Shown: positions 38,800 through 52,251 of the stretch, piece after piece | Layout: each line of letters begins with the position of its first letter | How positions within the stretch are numbered: the stretch's first letter is position 1 | NCBI GenBank assembly: GCA_025786725.1 | Contig: JAHLTZ010000010.1 | Span: forward strand, 1-64,000 | Reading direction: 5' to 3' | DNA: 64,000 bases | Origin: Syncephalis fuscata S228 | Lineage: Eukaryota; Fungi; Zoopagomycota | Made by a program: the position numbers and the translations under genes | The notes under the pieces: model-generated | The model's input: the letters and a program-made list of their open reading frames with translations, nothing else | What the model was told of the DNA's origin: nothing | Databases searched by the model: none

Positions 38800-41080
38800 T
38801 ATTAAACTGGGCATTCGTTCTATTGAATATGGAGACGGTGGTAAGTTTTGTTAATGATCAAATTATCACATTATATTATAATTTAATGATTAAATGACTA
38901 TATTGAATACCATCTATTTTATTGAACTAAATATTTGCTCCATTGAACATGGAGCTGGGTGGTGAATGATGCTAATGATCAAAATATAATAACTTGAATA
39001 CTTTACAGCAACAACAACTATATGGATTAACATAATTATTAATACCATTTATTTATATATTGCTTATACTATTACAATAAACTATAGTATTTATTAATCT
39101 AATATTATTTACCGCCTGTTATGATTATATATGTATTAGCACATATACTAGCATATAGCATACAATGTCATAACTTTTTGGTCTGTCGTACAGCATACAG
39201 CATACAATGTCATAACTTTTTGACAGTTTTTAATTTAGTACTGCATATAGCCTATATGCTGCTTAAAGCTTTTTTGGCAGTTCTTAATTTTAGTATTGCA
39301 TATAGCATACAATGTCATAACTTTTTAGTTTGCCGTACAGTCTATATAATGTCATAAATGCTACAATAATTATGATTTATTAATCATTTAATGTCATTTA
39401 GGGGTCAAATGACTATATTGATAACATTCGCGCAATTGCACTGCACATTCACTCTATTGAACATGGGGACAAGTGGTGAGTTTTATTTAATCATCACATT
39501 ATCACATTGTTTGTTTGTTTGGGGGACAAATGACTAATATTTAATGACGCCCAATCTATTGAACATGATGATGGGTGGTGAGTGACATCACTCATCAAAT
39601 ACTCATCATCATAGATTCGTTATCTAGTATGCATATATCCACCATTTACCTATATCATTCCATTCTATTACATACTACTATATACTATTCTATAATATAC
39701 TAAACACATTCTATTTATTATATGTTTTAATATACTTTACTCCTTCCCCTCATTGCATTATATGCACTATAACTTCAACATTGCTTTATGTGCTTTCTTA
39801 CCGTACATTCATCATTTTATATACCATTCTATACTCGCATAGCTTTCCTCTACCCAAAACTACTTTTATTTTTGTCCTAGCATCATTATTAACAAATGTC
39901 GACTAATTCCGCTCATTGATCATGTATATATACGCAATAACTTCAACGGGGCTAATATTCATTTCATACAATATATTATTTATATTGTATATTGTTTTAT
40001 TGTCTAGTAACTATGCGCTAGCTATTGCAGTTGCTCTTCTTGTTCTAGCTTTATTATTAACAAATGTCGACTATTTTCGCTCATTGATCATGCATATATG
40101 CTCATTAATTTTAACATTGCTAATCTTGCTCAATATTGTGTATTTAGTATAATGTTTATCATTTTATTATATATTGGCTATACGCTGTCTATAGCCGTTG
40201 TCGGTATGGTTCCAACTCTTTTATTAATAAAAATTGACTTATTGCACTTAGTTTGTTTACTGAGTTGTATTGATAGAACAAATGATATGAATAGAAACGG
40301 AGTTATGTTTTATTAAGATTATTTATAAATAAACTAGATCATGCTAATTAGTTATGGCTTAATGTCAATCAAGCAAAGTAATGGATATATATATAGCAAT
40401 AACACATACTGTGATGATATATGTATACTGGATAACGAATCTATAATAATGAGTATTTGATGACTGATGTCACTCACCGCCCATCATCATGTTCAATAGA
40501 TTGGGTGTTATTAAAAATAGTCATTTGACCACCAAAAAAGCAATAAGTGTGATGATGTGCTGATTAAATAAAACTCACCACTTGTCCCCATGTTCAGTAG
40601 ATTGAATGTGTAGTTTAACTGCGTAAATATTAGCAAGTTTAGTCATTTGATCCCAAATCACATTAAATGGCTAATAAATTGTTTAATGTACAAAAATGAC
40701 TATTTTATTTAATTAATAAATAAAGTTATATATGCAACATGATAATACAAGTCATAAATCGAACAACATTGTACATATAAATATTATAAACAAACTGAAA
40801 TACAGATGAGGGAATTATTCAAGTGATGGAATAAAAGAAAGAATAAAGATTAATTGCATAAAAGCAAATATGACTATAGAGCAGTGTCAACAGTAAAACA
40901 ATGAGTGTAATAGGAATGACAAGCAACAAACAGTAAAGATAAGTAGGTCCATAGAACAATGTCATCAGTAAAGCAATGATTGTAATAAAAATAGTAAATG
41001 GCAAACAATAAACTACGTTAAATCATAGAATATGTCATCAGCAAAGTAATGACAGCAGTGATAAAAAGGATATTTTGAAT
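38800..41080. mobile_element. Composite non-coding repeat (family A) with 265-bp inverted arms (39375-39639 / 40416-40680) and internal tandem repeats; putative non-autonomous element
   Basis: The arms are reverse complements with scattered mismatches. The core (T)CTATTGAACATG recurs at ~38820, 38940, 39453 and 39556 and inverted at ~40489 and 40589. Tandem units lie at 39150-39360 and 40880-41070. No transposase ORF. Confidence 0.6.
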
Positions 41081-41333
41081 GGATTACTATTTAGAAAGTA
41101 TTATTGCATAGTACTTTTAAGGCAGCATACGTAAAATATGACACATTGTACATTCAGAAGTCAAACGATGGCTTACTGGTTATATAAATAAAATGTATTT
41201 ATTTTTACAAGTCTGAATTTATTACAATTGTGCGCGCAACTTGACTGAAGAAACAATCTACAATTTATTTGTATATTATATTTTTTATTTTTAAAAAGTA
41301 GGAGGCTCAAAGTAAAATAACTTCGAAAATTAA

Positions 41334-41780
41334 ATTGTTGGATCGGCAAGTGAGAAGCGACGGTGAAATGCAGGCGCCAGGTCCAAGAGAAAGGCGACGC
41401 CAAACATAATGACCACCATAAACCAGTCGACCATACGGAGCCATACTAGGCGACGGTAAGGGCGTAGCTGGCGCGGTAGAAGCATGCTAATGGTTATTGC
41501 AATTGCGTAGAGGTCAAAGGGGAATAAAATAAAAGGAAGCGATGGAGTTTGGCATAGCAATAATAGCGATGGCCATAACAGCAAATATTACTTGAAACAG
41601 TTTGTAAAACAAAAAACATGCCTTTGCAGAATATAAACCCAGATAGCAATCAAAAGCGCTGACGATTTAGTTTAGCAACAATGGCATGCTTTAGTATATA
41701 CAAATGCCAATTAACTAATAAACAGCATTTGTATTAGTGAATAAAGCATGGAGTAGCTACTAGATTAATATACTAGTATT
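41334..41780 (-). pseudogene. Truncated duplicate of the PAP2 5' end (promoter plus first 51 codons)
   Basis: Near-identical to 38254-38700. The ORF from ATG 41485 ends ...LADPTI* at 41330. Confidence 0.85.
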
Positions 41781-42411
41781 ACACTTTTAGTAAATAAAAA
41801 TGAAGCTATTGTGCTTTGATTTTCATACAATTTCTTCTTATCATCAAATGCTTTTTACAACATTTTAAAAAGCGTTTGGCGGTAAGAAAAAATTGTACAA
41901 AAGTTAAAGTATCATTCAGCCATAAAGATTTGTCAATATCAATACTATTATTAAAAATTAATTAATAATTAATAATAAAATGTAAAAATAATATCATAAA
42001 ATATTTATTGTGGTGTAGTTTATTGAATTAAAAAATAAATAGTCATAGTTATGTTTAATGATTATTATTATTTTGTCAATTAACATGGAAATTAATAGTC
42101 TATTAATAAGTTTTAGTGCTAGTAAATAATAAATTTGTTGTTTATCATTATATGGTATATTTGATATGCTATTAGCATTATTTAAAATAGTCATCATTAC
42201 TATTTTATGTGTAGTATATAACTTGGAAGTAAATAATTGTTGTCGTGTGTATTGGCACTATTTTTATTGATAAATGATAAATTGCCGAATAAAAAGTATT
42301 AAAATGTGTAACACAAAATCGCAAAGGCTGAAATGCATAATCGTTTAAATTTGTAGTATTGCTGTTGCTGTATTTTAAACGACTTTTTAACCTTTGACTT
42401 TGGGACCGATT

Positions 42412-43929
42412 ATGACTACGACTATCGATTTGAAAACATCATTTTTTAACAAAGTCTCCTGTGAAATTTACTGGAGACTTGCAAAGTTTATGAACACATC
42501 AGAGGTTGTCAGTTTCTCAGCCACATGCCAACAAGCATTTCAATCCTTGTCAAATGAACCAAAACGACGAAAGCTACACTATTTAAAGCGATTTTCTTTA
42601 AATGATCAAAGTGAACTGGATTGGATCCGTGCTTATGTTGGAGGTAATCAGCTCAGATGCAATAGAGGCATTCATTGGGAGCAAGCGTACAATTTCCGAC
42701 TACAAATTGAAGAGAACATAAAGAAAAAACGTTATACAGAATGCGATATTAAACTGGATGAACAGCTGACAAATTCCAGTGTTGTATATTCAGATACACG
42801 ACTGGCATTAATATTTTGCTTACCAAAGCAAATCCTTGGATTTGTGCGTTATTTATACGATAGCAAGCCAGACGCTCAATTTCCCCAATGTTCTCATTTA
42901 CATATTCGCATACTACGCATTCCTACCGACTCTTGGCTGAATCATGGTGGCGTTTTCCAAAGAAATGACCATTATTTTACTGTTTACAGCCAAGGACATC
43001 ATTTTGTTTATCCAATTCAGCGTGGTTTATCATTTGAAATCAATTTAAAAGATTATAGTAACGCCATTGCTAACAATACTAGCCGAACACTAATGGAACA
43101 ATTTCAACAGAAAACTGAATGGTTTTTATGGGACATAAAAAGGCCTTGGTGTCTTTTATTACACAATATTTGTCGACAAAGAAATGCAAAGAATTTCAGC
43201 TTCTACAATATAAATCAGCGGCGTTGGTATCCATATAACATTGTAATTACACAAAGCAATGTAGAGGTGTTGCTTTTTGATACAAGCACCGATTATGCTA
43301 TTTGTGCCACTGCTTTTACAGATGAACACGATAGCAAACTAGCCATTCAGCTATGGCAAATATGTAGCGGTAGTGACATGGTTAAGTGTATTTATCATGC
43401 TACCATGCCAATTCCTGCTGGAAAAAACAACTACAGGGTCATGCTAAATAATCTAAACGACCATCGCCTACTTGTTAAAGTACAAATGGGGCTAGATTAT
43501 ATAATCATGTTGATAAAGCCCAATTATCTGGAAAACACGTCCAGTACAATTGTAGATTTAGCTAATCATGGTTTAGTATGGCAACGTTTATTTACTGAAC
43601 ATCCGCACCAGCTATTCTCAGTGTTACGCGATAATCGCCATGTATTACAATTTGTTGAACAAGGGATGTATAATATATACGATATTAATACAGGCACTTA
43701 TTTAAATAACATGAAAATAAACCTAGAATGCATGCCTGTCCATTTAATTGGCAATCTGTACATGGTACGCATCAATTCAGAAAAACATTTTGTTACCGAT
43801 GGCATCGGCGGCATTCCTACATCTGATCACGTAATTCTTTGGAATGAAGGGCTAAATCTACGTCGTTGGGTATTTGTAAAACTGGATATATCTCGACAAT
43901 TTCTAACTGTTCGCCATTATCTTTCATAA
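42412..43929 (+). CDS. Intronless F-box-like protein with a putative beta-rich C-terminal domain
   Basis: 505-codon open frame. N-terminal degenerate F-box (FNKVSCEIYWRLAKFM...VVSFSATCQQAF) followed by WEQAYNFRLQIEEN, resembling the helix that links F-boxes to propellers. Confidence 0.65.
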   Translation: MTTTIDLKTSFFNKVSCEIYWRLAKFMNTSEVVSFSATCQQAFQSLSNEPKRRKLHYLKRFSLNDQSELDWIRAYVGGNQLRCNRGIHWEQAYNFRLQIEENIKKKRYTECDIKLDEQLTNSSVVYSDTRLALIFCLPKQILGFVRYLYDSKPDAQFPQCSHLHIRILRIPTDSWLNHGGVFQRNDHYFTVYSQGHHFVYPIQRGLSFEINLKDYSNAIANNTSRTLMEQFQQKTEWFLWDIKRPWCLLLHNICRQRNAKNFSFYNINQRRWYPYNIVITQSNVEVLLFDTSTDYAICATAFTDEHDSKLAIQLWQICSGSDMVKCIYHATMPIPAGKNNYRVMLNNLNDHRLLVKVQMGLDYIIMLIKPNYLENTSSTIVDLANHGLVWQRLFTEHPHQLFSVLRDNRHVLQFVEQGMYNIYDINTGTYLNNMKINLECMPVHLIGNLYMVRINSEKHFVTDGIGGIPTSDHVILWNEGLNLRRWVFVKLDISRQFLTVRHYLS

Positions 43930-44343
43930 ATTCATCGTGTAATGACATTACAAACAATAGATATAAGTGTGTATACTTAGTGAAAAGTAATAGCAACTAT
44001 AACTAAATCATACATATAAATTAGATTGAAATTGACCATTAATATTAACAATACAGTTAAACTAAAGAAGTTTAAATGGCCAGTAATACAAATCATTATC
44101 ATTATAAATAAAACAACAAATAAAGCGCTAATTATAAAATTATAATACACCATTTGGTTGATATTTACTTTAACCCCCTAAAGCAGCAAATATTTTTATG
44201 CAATCGATTGTAATGAATTGATTAGATTAAATTGTGCTTAAATCATCATTTACAATAAATATTAATGTAATATAACAACATTATCATTTCTATAGAATAG
44301 AATTAATTGTAACAGAACATTGTATCAGTAATAATATTAAACA

Positions 44344-44830
44344 TTTAAATAAACAATGTAACATACTATTTGATTTCTTTGGAGCATTTGAGGCTGATCA
44401 TTGTTGTTGTTGGCCATGTGTAGAAAGATTGATCAATATTAATAGAAGCCATATGATTGCAATTCCATGTCATTCCACATTGATTGTTGTTGCATCTATG
44501 TACAACATGGATTATTGCATCTAAATGGTCTCTTTTATTTTCTAATATTCTACTATTGCATTATGGGCATATTTATGATGTAAGATCAATATTAATATAA
44601 TTAGTATAGATGTGTTTATTAAACAGTCATCTTCTTATAGTCAATCTGACTAAATAAATGCCATTTGAACAATTAATATCATAATGACAATATATATATA
44701 TATTAAAACATAACAAAGATAGCTAACTAATTACATTATTGTATTGAAAATTACACATGAATTAGTCAATGCTGGATGTAATATTATACATGTTATTGTG
44801 ATGAGTGAATGTTTAATCGTATTTAAAAGT
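44344..44830. repeat. Dispersed repeat family B, inverted copy
   Basis: Reverse complement of 17712-18202 at high identity by eye. Confidence 0.9.
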
Positions 44831-45540
44831 AAAGGGGTGAAAGGAGCAAATAAAAGATGTGGGAGTCAAGATACAGTAAAACATTAAAGCCATTTAATAC
44901 TAAAAGCCATTGTTATAGAGCATACTACCAATAAATTACTGAATGTAATAGGAAATACAATCAAGTCAATGTTTTTAAAAAAAGTGTAGTCATAGAAGTG
45001 TTATTATTAAAATAATAAATATATCATATTCTAGAGATGAAGCAATAGACCAATAAATTAAATGAATGAATGAATAGTGCGATGTTAATGCCAGCAGAAA
45101 CATGCAAGTATATTCAGTACAATGGCTAGTGATGAATCAAGGCTTCTGATTTTTACCACCTACTATTATAAAAAGTCAAACTGACACTGTGCATCAACAT
45201 TATAATCAATGTAATATTTTATTGTAAGTAACATGAAATACTATTTAATATCTGTTTTAATATTGAAAATAGTGCAGATTAATTAAGACTCCAATCGATT
45301 CAATCGGGGTTGATATGGCACTGCTTCAATAAACCACTTCTCAGTAGTAAAACTGATCGACGATTTATCATTCGAGTTATTGATCTTTTTATCCTAGTTT
45401 AAGAATAGAAACTTAAAGGAAGTAGCTCCTTTTTATCAATACCTTCGGTTATTACAACTCATAGTAAACAAATCCTTTCTATCCTAAATTACACTTACTA
45501 CACGTACTTTCCTTTACGCTTTACTTGCTCTGGTCACAGC

Positions 45541-48500
45541 ATGGAGGGGAAAGTATGTAAACTATGGGTTCATAATGAACGCTTCTCTTCCAAGGAAGTG
45601 GTCATTCATCCAGATCTTCTACCTTGTCTTCAACCGGCCAGCTACTAGAGATTCGGCCAGTGGAAAATACTCGACAACCCGTAGCCATTCCACAGCCTGG
45701 CGGAGAGACGCGTCTTTTTGAACGTCGCATTATTGTAGTGTATGAGCCGCCTGATCCCGAGATTACACGTAAACAGCCACAGCTTCAAGTAATACTGCTA
45801 AACAATAACATAAAATGAACTAAATTAATTACTGATACGTGTACAGATATCATTAACCAATCATATGACCACAACATTTGGTCTACCCAACTGGTCCGAT
45901 GTTACTGTTTTACCTGTAAGTGCTAGTTGTATATAATATATATATATAATATATAGTAATAATAATAATAATAATACAATATTAGGTGGAATCAGATGCA
46001 GCCACTGCCGAATTTGTTCTACTTACGTTCCGTGACCAATATCTTGGACGCAATGATATGTGGCGTTTACGACTAAGCTTAATCGGCAAATCAGTATATA
46101 TAAGCCAACGTGTTTTATTTGCCGGATGTATACGAGCACAAGTCAGCGATATCTATATTAATGGTCGACCAGTAAGTAATGGCAGTATAACACAGGCTAT
46201 AACTAACTAATATAATCCAGGCGGCCAGTGCACTTATTGGCGAAAGTACACGTGTCATATTCCGTTCAGAATCAGCTAAATTCTTTATTCTTATTCAAAT
46301 GAGCAAAGAAATGTGGGAGTTTGATGATGATGGACAATTATTCTACGAAAAAGTAACACACCAATTTTTGCCAGAACTGTTCAAACGTTGGAAGTCAATA
46401 TCGGCCAATCATGTTGTTTGTATTGTATTATTTACACGTATCTACTATGACTTTATGGAACCCGATTTTACACCATGTACAGCCTGTGATCACAACCTCG
46501 CTGGTATAAAGACTATTATAAAGTATTAGTCGATTGGGAGACGCGTAATGACTGGTCTCAAGTATTGCCGACATTGAAAAGAGAACAAACAGAATTTAAA
46601 CGAGCCGTATTAACCCGTGATACATCGTCGTATACTGCAGCTATTGGTACCATTTCTACAGCTAGAGATGGCAATATACTAGAAGCTATTGGACTAGCCT
46701 TAAATACCTTTGATCGGCATTATGTTGATCGTGATCTACTTCGAACTGGTCAAGCTATTATGGTACTTACACCAGGTGCTGGCTATTTTGAAGTGGACAA
46801 AAAGTTACTACGATTAACTGCTGAACGTATGTTTGACAGCGGTATTGCCTTAGATCTTGTATGTTTGGATCAAATACCTCTTCATGCTGCACCGTTATTC
46901 AAATTCAAATCAGGCAAACCAATATCCAATCTTGGCAATATTAAAGATGGATCAGTAATGCATAGTAAAATAGGAGCTTATTCAATGTCTGTACGAGGCC
47001 AACCACCACCGGCTACCAATCTATACCACCTTCACGCTCCAATGCATTTACATATATAGAAATGGATCCATTACAATACGATGAAATGACCTCAGACAAC
47101 ACTAAACAAATTTATTATGCCTGGCCTCATTGGATTGTTGTAAGCTTTTATGGAAGAAAGCGACCAAAATTACAGACATCTCGATTAAAAGCACTTAAAT
47201 ACAGCAATCGATTTATGCCTACTTGTCGTATTCCAGGGGCACAAACATTTAATTTACTGGCGAGTGATATTATACTTGGTGCACCACGCTATTTAACCGA
47301 TAGCGAAGAGGAGGAGGAGGAGGAGGAGGAGGGAAGAAGAGGAGGAAGAGGAGGAGGAAGACAAAGTAAAGCTAGAAGAAGAGTCAAAAAACAACAGCTA
47401 GCCAATGATGGTCGTAATACTGATACAGCATCCATTGTAACAGCTAATACTAAAGTTAAATCTAAAAGAAAAAGACATCTAAAGGCAATCAAGTAGAGTT
47501 AGCATTAAAGATGGATAAAGCCGATCAATATGACAAAAATGTATTTAAATCAATTCAACGTGTTAGACTTGTATTTCCCTCTTCTTGGTATACCGGTCGT
47601 CGACGAGGCAGTCAAGCCTTACCACAAAACTCACATCCACGATTTAAATATGAAGCATCGTTATCAGGTCATCAAACTAGTGAAGATATCACATCGAGGA
47701 TACGTAGTCCATTATCGAGAAGTGCACCTCGTATTGGATGGGCCGATCTAACAAGGCCTAGACGTCCTTCGAGTCCACGGGCTTACCATCGTAGTGATGA
47801 CGGTCCAGGCCTATTAAATACTGGCACTGCCACATCAGCCACCGCTATACCTACTATCAATACTGATATAGCACCTATCAACCCAACTAATAGCACCACA
47901 GCAGCTATTATGATGACCCGACCACGCCGCATATCCACAGAAGATGATATTCATACCAGTCATTTAGACGTATCTGATGGTAAGCAATAATAGAATTATT
48001 ATTAATAGCAATAGTACTAATAGCATTTATATTTAGAAAGATGATGGTTTATTTCCTAGTTCTAGTACAGTTCAGCCTATTCAAATCAATCCGGAATCAA
48101 CATTAACACATCACCGATTCCGTTCAAATGTTACTACCAATCATCGACATCGACATGGATCACCACAAACAAGTCTATCCAATTCGCCCTCACGTTTATC
48201 TCGATCGGTTGAAATTAATCAACAACAGCAGCAACAACAAACATCACAACAACAGCAATCTCAACAATCACAGCAACAGCAATCGCAACAGTCATCTCAA
48301 CAACAGCCACCACTACCGCATCAACATCATCGATCTTCACCTAATCGACCATATTCTCAACTAGTTAAGCAAACACTATTGAATCCATCTCGTGCTCTTC
48401 ATGGCAGTATACGCCAAAATGATCATTTACGGCGATGGGAACACATATATCCAGTAGTACGTCCATTAACGCTTGATATGGATTGGACATCATTATGTAC

Positions 48501-51061
48501 ACCGGCTTGTTTACCTATTGGCACGGATGTATTTCCCACTCCAGCTGAACTGGCTGAACAGTACAAGAACATGTTTATACCGTATCGCCTAACGATGAAC
48601 TGGTAGAGAGAACATTTTCAATTCATCAGGATATTGGACAATTTACTGAAACGCTAATTAAAGAGTGATAGCTCAGCGGCTATCACAAGGATTTCAATTA
48701 ATAGATGCAGGATTAATGAAACAGCCACAGCATCGATCATCAGGAGCATTTCTAGCCTCTAATATCAATGATGCCATGAAAACATCATTATTGCACGGTG
48801 GATTGACTAGCTATACAGAAGCGCGTACTTCACCTTTATTGCCATCGCTGCCTTTAGCCTCTTCGTCCTCATCGCTTATATCGGCACAGCCATCAGCGAC
48901 AACTACAACCACCACCAATACCTCTACCTCTAATCATTGGCGATTACCATTCGAACTAGGTCGTAAGGCACATGAATTATATAAAACACCTACTGCCACA
49001 AGTACTGCCAATACGGTGAATAGTACAACGACTTCAATTAATAGTGCGACTAATTCGGCAATCACCTCGAATGCATTGTCGTCATTTGCTGCAACGGCTC
49101 ATTATCTTAGTATGGGTCACCATATTCATCGATTGGTCTATGATCCGGTCAATAGAAATGTTGAAGTTAAACGATATGTACGTAAACTTGATTACTCACC
49201 TGATCCAATCACCTATCGATTTGCCGTATGGCCTAAAGCACAAGATGGATTTGAATCTAAATCGGTTAAATTCAATTATCCACAAGTATCACTGTATAAT
49301 TGGAACTATCTCGATCATTTAGTGGCTGGCTATCAAGAAGAAATGACCGAATCATTACGCTTTTGGCGTACCCGATTTATTCTTATTCCAATGGAGACCG
49401 TAGTGACGAATACACATACGCTTACGAGTACCACAACATCAGATGACAATTTAAATGAAGAAGAAATGCGATTAAATGGATTTACTCGATTCTTGGAACA
49501 ATTTGAACGAGTTCGATGGTCATCTACTCGTGTACAAGCGCCGAATAGTGATAAACGGACTCGCCGACAGCCTATTAACAGTTTGGGTATTTCATTAACT
49601 ACATTTAGTACAACATCGTATTTAGAGAATGAAGCTCGTACACGTTCTAATCACCAATCAGAAACAGCACAGCAACACCAACACCAATCCTATAGTCGCC
49701 GTGCATCATTATTAGCCACTGATACATTATCAAAAGATGCTAAATTAACCTCTATTGCCGTAGCTATTAAAGATCCGGCCTCTGGTGTACGTATGCAGGA
49801 TCGATGGTGGCATTTACGTCTATTTCAAGATGTTTTTTTGGGCAATGAATTGGTCGATTGGTTATTACGCGTATTTGATCAAATTGATACAAGAGCAGAA
49901 GCAGTAGAGTTTGGTAATCAACTAATGGATGCCGGTCTATTTGAGCATTGTACGCATCGACATCGATTATTAGATGGTCACTATTTCTATCGATTACAGG
50001 ATGATTATGCGCCACCACCCTCGAACAGCACACGAGGATGGCTACAGAGAGCAATGCGTATATTACCGAGTGAAACGATACCGGAGACGGCATCAATAGC
50101 TAATTCACTACATTCCACAAATAGTCATAATAATAGTGGCGGCAATAGTGCTTTTAATAGTGTGGCCTCGTCGTTCAAAGGCCCATATCCCGTCGAGTTA
50201 TCCCGTCGTATGATGATTAATCTGGATACACAACAATGGAGTGATCGACAAGAAACGGCCATTCTTCATTATGATGTGGTGCATAATCCACGTAATTGTT
50301 ATCATTTCCAATTAAATTGGTTAGGCTGTACTGCTCATTTAATTGAAGATTTATTACAATCATGGGCTAGAACCGCGGAAAAGTGTGGACTACGATTAGT
50401 GGAGGCGCCGGTGGATCAAGAGAGACCCGACGCCGATGACAATCCATTCCAGTCACCGGTAGAGATTAACTTGGCCATAGCACCACCATCTACGATTGAA
50501 TTAAAGAAACGATTACCCGTGTCGGTAGCAGTACCGGATACATTCTTTGAAGTTGAATTAGCTAAACATTTTGGATTTATTTTAGATGTTGAAGCAGACA
50601 CATCAATTCCATCAGATATTCAAGTTATTTACTCATATCATCATAATCCATACAGATATGCGCAATATGTTCATCAATCAGGCGTGGCCTTTATTATGGT
50701 GTGTAAAGAGCCACATAGTTATTTATGGGTCAACAATCGACTCTATACATCCCATGTATATCATCAACAACAACAGCAGCAGCAACAGCAACATCAACAT
50801 TTGTCTGGATCACTATTAAGCGGATCTTCACGTATATCATCTTCGTCATCGATGGCCTATCCAGATCCGGATAAACTTCGACAGGAATTTGTAGCCTTTT
50901 GTCAAAACAAACAGAGATTACAAGAGTTTTGGAATCATACTATTGATACGCTATTGGCCACTTCAGATGTTGAAGCTATTACTACCGATGGACCTGAACG
51001 TATTCAAGCACCTGATATACTCGATTCACGCGATGTAGTACTAGCCAGAACCAAGGAATAA
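45541..51061 (+). CDS. IML1: GATOR1/SEACIT subunit Iml1/DEPDC5
   Basis: FRDQYLGRNDMWR, IFRSESAKFFILIQMSKEMWEFD, GNILEAI...NTFDRHYVDRDLLRTGQ, WTSLCTPACLP, QRLSQGFQL and a DEP domain (FLGNELVDWL...LDGHYFYRL). Several introns and apparent indels. Confidence 0.95.
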
Positions 51062-51192
51062 TATCCATAGTGTTAATATTTGTATTTCATTTATACCCAT
51101 AAGTGGGATGTTTATAATTGTATTGTCGTATTAATGAGTATTAATAAACAATTAAATATAAATGTAATCATGATTTATTTATCAATTAAGAT

Positions 51193-51907
51193 CTAAGCAG
51201 TAGCAGAAGTAGAAGTAGTAGAGGTAGATGTTGGCATACGATAATGACCTAGATCAACAAGATCAAAACGGCGTTTACGTGGCAATGTTGGATCCACGGG
51301 GAATTTATCTTCTCTCTCTAATGCAATGCCTACGTATTTTCTTTTTGGATATTTAGGATTGTATAGAATTTGACATAGCCATCAATAAGGGCGTATAATG
51401 TATGATCACGTCCCATACCAACCTATAATATATAATATATAATATATAATATATAGTATTAGTATATATATATGTATGTATGTATTGGATATGTAATTAT
51501 TGATTACTACTTACATTGACACCAGGGTGGAATTGTGTACCGCGTTGACGTATAATAATATTACCAGGAATGACTGGATGATCTATTGATAACATAATAA
51601 ATATTTGTATTAAAGTGTCTATATTTCTATTACCTTGATGTTTCTTAACACCTAGTCGACGACCTGCCGAATCACGACCATTTCTTGAAGAACCACCGCT
51701 ACGTTTGGTAGCCCAACGAATCTGTTGTACACCTAGTATTTATATACTACAGATCAGTACTGAATCACGTATTTATTTACTACTTATTGATTATGGCATT
51801 TACTTACTGTGAATCACAGCCAGACAAGGAAGTGTAGCCCGAACAATTACGTTAGAGGCAAGTCCCGTAACCGTTGGTGATTGACGGAAAATGGCCGGTA
51901 GTAGCAT
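51193..51907 (-). CDS. MRP7: Mitochondrial ribosomal protein bL27m, 4 exons
   Basis: Spliced: [27 protein letters not shown]...[36 protein letters not shown]. Not in the ORF track. Confidence 0.92.
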
Positions 51908-52251
51908 GACGTTGAATATTCGAGTAATCAAACAAGAAAGAAAAAAGTGCTGAATTACAAGTAAATATTTATAAATACTAATTAAATTAAATTAATATTA
52001 TTTAATTATAATAAAATGGATGTATTAGTGATTTCCTATACTTTTATCTCTCTCTTCTTTAACACCAACAACAGTAGTGAATATACGTGTAGAAACAGAA
52101 GGACACTAGGCTTAGCTAGTTTACTATTATAAATAAGCTTTGCTTTCTATTTGTTGTGCTGCTTATTAGCAAATAAGACATTATTTTTACTCTTCATCTT
52201 GACTGATTCAATCTATCTATCTATCTATCTAAATTGATTACTACATACAAT

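Noticed and set aside
39150-39360. Repeat-spacer-like array (GCATACAATGTCATAACTTTTT x3), considered as CRISPR
   Set aside because: The spacers are irregular and similar to each other, the context is eukaryotic, and there are no cas genes. It is a degenerate tandem repeat.
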